Shown here piece by piece: positions 15,209 to 17,569 of a stretch of 17,569 bases of DNA; within the stretch, counting starts at the first letter, position 1; each line of letters begins with the position of its first letter. This DNA comes from Candidatus Hermodarchaeota archaeon. Lineage in GTDB: Archaea; Asgardarchaeota; Hermodarchaeia; Hermodarchaeales; Hermodarchaeaceae. Made by a program: the position numbers and the translations under genes. The notes under the pieces were generated by a model. The model was not told where the DNA came from. It made no database searches and worked only from the letters and a program-made list of their open reading frames with translations. The DNA is taken from positions 1 through 17,569 of the forward strand of contig JAEOTB010000051.1 of the NCBI GenBank assembly GCA_016840065.1, in the 5' to 3' direction.

Positions 15209-16579
15209 TTAGTTGACGGTGGGATAGCCTAAAGCCGTCCACGAATTCATACCGCCAAGGACATTATACACGTTCTCGAAGCCCTTACGTTTCAGCAGAC
15301 TGGCTGCTAAGCTAGCCCGTCTGCCTGACCCACAAATCACTGCAAGAGGTTTATCATGTGGTAGACTGTCTGCTTGCTCGGGTAGGTGCCCAACATAGAT
15401 GTGTTTAGCGCCAGCTATGTGCCCTCTGTCCCATTCGCCTTGTTCACGCACATCTATGAGCGATAGTTCCTTTTTATCCAGTTTCTGTTTCAGGCTAACA
15501 GCCGTTAGAGGAAACAGGCTATCTGTGGGTCGTCCCTTGTTCCGCCAAGCAGAAATGTTCGGGCAGAGATACCCTCCAATATTGTCATAACCTAGGCGCT
15601 GAAGATAGGTCTTGGCGGTTGGAAAATCTGACAGCTGTTCCAAGACCAATAGTATTTGTTGGTCGTGATTAATTACCCAACCAGGAAAATAAGCGATATC
15701 GTTTAGCCCGATGTTCAGTGCGCCGGGAATATGAGATGCGGAAAAAGCCCCAGGCAGACGGGTATCAAGGACAATGGCATTAGGAGATTTTGCAGCTTTC
15801 GCGAACTCCTCGACCGAGTAGTTCTTTGGTGTAGGTGCTTCTCTGAGGAGTGGTGGTCCATCTAGGTTGTAGACCTCCATCTTTCGGAAATAGGGTGGGC
15901 GGTACAGCTCCTGTGCCATCATGTGCTTGACAAATGCTTCTTTGTCCAGTTGGAAGATAGGGTTGGTTAGCCGCTCATATCCAATTGTGCTGATGTTGCG
16001 GTCACTAAGTTTTGAACCACATATTGTACCTGCTCCGTGACCAGGATAGATGATGACATGATTTCCTAAGGGTATCAGTTTGTCATGGAGGCTGTGATAC
16101 AGCTTCTCTGATAGCTCCTGCCAGAAGTCGAGTCCAGGCAAGTCTGTGCGCCCCACATCACCAGCAAACAAGGTGTCACCAGTGAATACCATTAATGGTT
16201 CCTTGCTGAGTGCTGGATTAGAGACTACGTAACAGATGCTATCGTTGGTATGACCAGGTGTGTATACTGCTTCTACTCGAAGACGCCCGAGATTCAGGGT
16301 GTCACCGTCACCGAGTCTGTGTTCACCGTACTTGAAAGGAGTCGCTTTGCTGTGGGCGATTTCAGCTCCAGTTAGTTCCTGCAGCTCTAGGGATCCAATT
16401 ACATAGTCTTCGTTTCGATGAGTCTCCAGTATGTAGGTGATTTTCGCACAAAACTGCCGGGCTAACTCTGTGTATACTTCACAGTCGCGACGGGGGTCGA
16501 TAACCAATGCCTCGTGATTGTCAACCAAGAAATAGCTCTTATGAGAGATACCTTCAGAGGTGATTATTCTAAGCTCCAT
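15209..16579 (-). CDS. MBL-fold (persulfide dioxygenase/glyoxalase II-like) protein fused to two rhodanese domains
   Basis: Has IDPRRD, TPGHT, FTGDTLF.GD.GR.DL and YPGHG.G..CG. The rhodanese repeats carry DTR..F..SHIPGA and DVRE..E...GHI.GA. The last domain has the active-site loop CGSGRR. Confidence 0.92.
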   Translation of the reverse strand: MELRIITSEGISHKSYFLVDNHEALVIDPRRDCEVYTELARQFCAKITYILETHRNEDYVIGSLELQELTGAEIAHSKATPFKYGEHRLGDGDTLNLGRLRVEAVYTPGHTNDSICYVVSNPALSKEPLMVFTGDTLFAGDVGRTDLPGLDFWQELSEKLYHSLHDKLIPLGNHVIIYPGHGAGTICGSKLSDRNISTIGYERLTNPIFQLDKEAFVKHMMAQELYRPPYFRKMEVYNLDGPPLLREAPTPKNYSVEEFAKAAKSPNAIVLDTRLPGAFSASHIPGALNIGLNDIAYFPGWVINHDQQILLVLEQLSDFPTAKTYLQRLGYDNIGGYLCPNISAWRNKGRPTDSLFPLTAVSLKQKLDKKELSLIDVREQGEWDRGHIAGAKHIYVGHLPEQADSLPHDKPLAVICGSGRRASLAASLLKRKGFENVYNVLGGMNSWTALGYPTVN

Positions 16580-16726
16580 AAATCATCCAGCCCAATCAGC
16601 TTGTTATCCATCGTAGAAGCACAAACGAATAGAGTCTTCAAAGACTATTCACTTATATTAATGCGGTAACAATTCGACAAACATTAAAAACTCCAGCTAT
16701 AGTATGTGAGTTTGAGGTTCGGGATA

Positions 16727-17011
16727 ATGAAACGTGTCAAGGTTGAAGGTAAACACAAGGAGCATCAAGTGCTCATGTACGCCATCAGTACCTGTGGGTG
16801 GTGCCGAAAAACCAAGCAGCTCCTAAAGAATCTAGGAGTGGAATATGAATATGTTGATGTTGACTTGGCTAGTAAAGAGGATAAGGAAGTAATCAAGCAG
16901 GACATACAAAGGCGAGGTGGAGACCTAATATACCCCACCATCATAATCGACGATACGACACTGATTACAGGTTTTAGGGAAGCGAAGATTAAGGAGGCAC
17001 TTGGCCTTTGA
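16727..17011 (+). CDS. Glutaredoxin/NrdH-like redoxin
   Basis: Has STCGWC.K.K, YP.III and ITGF. Likely start is ATG 16727, behind GAGGT. Confidence 0.92.
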   Translation: MKRVKVEGKHKEHQVLMYAISTCGWCRKTKQLLKNLGVEYEYVDVDLASKEDKEVIKQDIQRRGGDLIYPTIIIDDTTLITGFREAKIKEALGL

Positions 17012-17553
17012 CCACACTTAAAACCGTGCGGCAGCGGGCTGAGGCTGACGCGAAGAACCATGGCTATTTCTTAAACCCTGATGAGGAAATGCTGGAACCA
17101 ATACTCAAAGGGCTCAAACGGAACGAAGAACGATACGGTTACCCAACGTGCCCGTGCCGTTTAGCGACCGGACATCTTGAGAGCGATCGAGACATAATCT
17201 GCCCCTGTGACTACCGAGATCCTGATGTTGAAGAATACGGTAATTGCTACTGTGCACTGTATGTCAACAAGGAAGTCTCGGAAGGCAAGGCAGAGGTGCA
17301 GCCCATCCCTGAGCGTAGACCACATCCTAAGCTAGAACAGTCATTTAGTGAACCGCCTAAAACACCAACAGTACAAGGAGCAGACGCTGATGCAGTGTCT
17401 TCTACCTCAGAAACCAACATGAAGCTTTGGTATTGTAGAGTCTGTGGCTATGTTTGCTTCCGAGAGGAGCCACCCCATAAGTGCCCAATCTGTCAGGCGA
17501 AGCGTGAGATGTTCAGCGAGATTGTACTCGGAATGAACTGGCGGACACGCTAG
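17008..17553 (+). CDS. Ferredoxin:thioredoxin reductase catalytic domain fused to a C-terminal rubredoxin-like domain (FDR type)
   Basis: Has CPCR, ICPC and CYC motifs, and C-terminal CRVCG...CPIC. The start overlaps the glutaredoxin stop (TTGA). Confidence 0.93.
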   Translation: MTTLKTVRQRAEADAKNHGYFLNPDEEMLEPILKGLKRNEERYGYPTCPCRLATGHLESDRDIICPCDYRDPDVEEYGNCYCALYVNKEVSEGKAEVQPIPERRPHPKLEQSFSEPPKTPTVQGADADAVSSTSETNMKLWYCRVCGYVCFREEPPHKCPICQAKREMFSEIVLGMNWRTR

Positions 17554-17569
17554 CTATATAATAACCCTA

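Noticed and set aside
531-17061. Remaining short track ORFs nested in or antisense to the assigned genes (e.g. 531-758, 4061-4492, 9672-10148, 13846-14187, 15038-15232, 16765-17061)
   Set aside because: They overlap well-supported genes and show no recognisable motifs.
1-17569. CRISPR array, tRNA, rRNA, transposase or integrase
   Set aside because: No regularly spaced repeats, cloverleaf or mobile-element genes were seen by eye.

Overview
Archaeal chromosomal DNA, very likely from an Asgard archaeon, judged from a partial TFB, a crenarchaeal-type SSB, GGTGA/GAGG ribosome-binding sites, many TTG starts and a single-domain gelsolin homologue. In order, the window holds: partial tfb; a gelsolin-like gene; a corrinoid methyltransferase set (MtaA/CmuA-family protein, corrinoid protein, pyrrolysine-free MttB) interrupted by sfsA; a small Zn-ribbon gene; ssb; acyP; an unlisted 57-aa WH2/actobindin-like microprotein downstream of a cryptic second gelsolin-like protein and a membrane-anchored repeat glycoprotein; a glycyl radical enzyme (GRE) resembling the HpdB/IAD arylacetate decarboxylases, with its activase and a DAO-family flavoprotein; and a redox cluster (superoxide reductase, MBL-rhodanese fusion, glutaredoxin, FTR-rubredoxin fusion). 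The two best leads are a putative actin-regulatory mini-cluster at 6672-7411 and an archaeal decarboxylase-type GRE with an apparently new substrate pocket. All family calls come from motif recognition by eye and recalled reference sequences. No searches were run.
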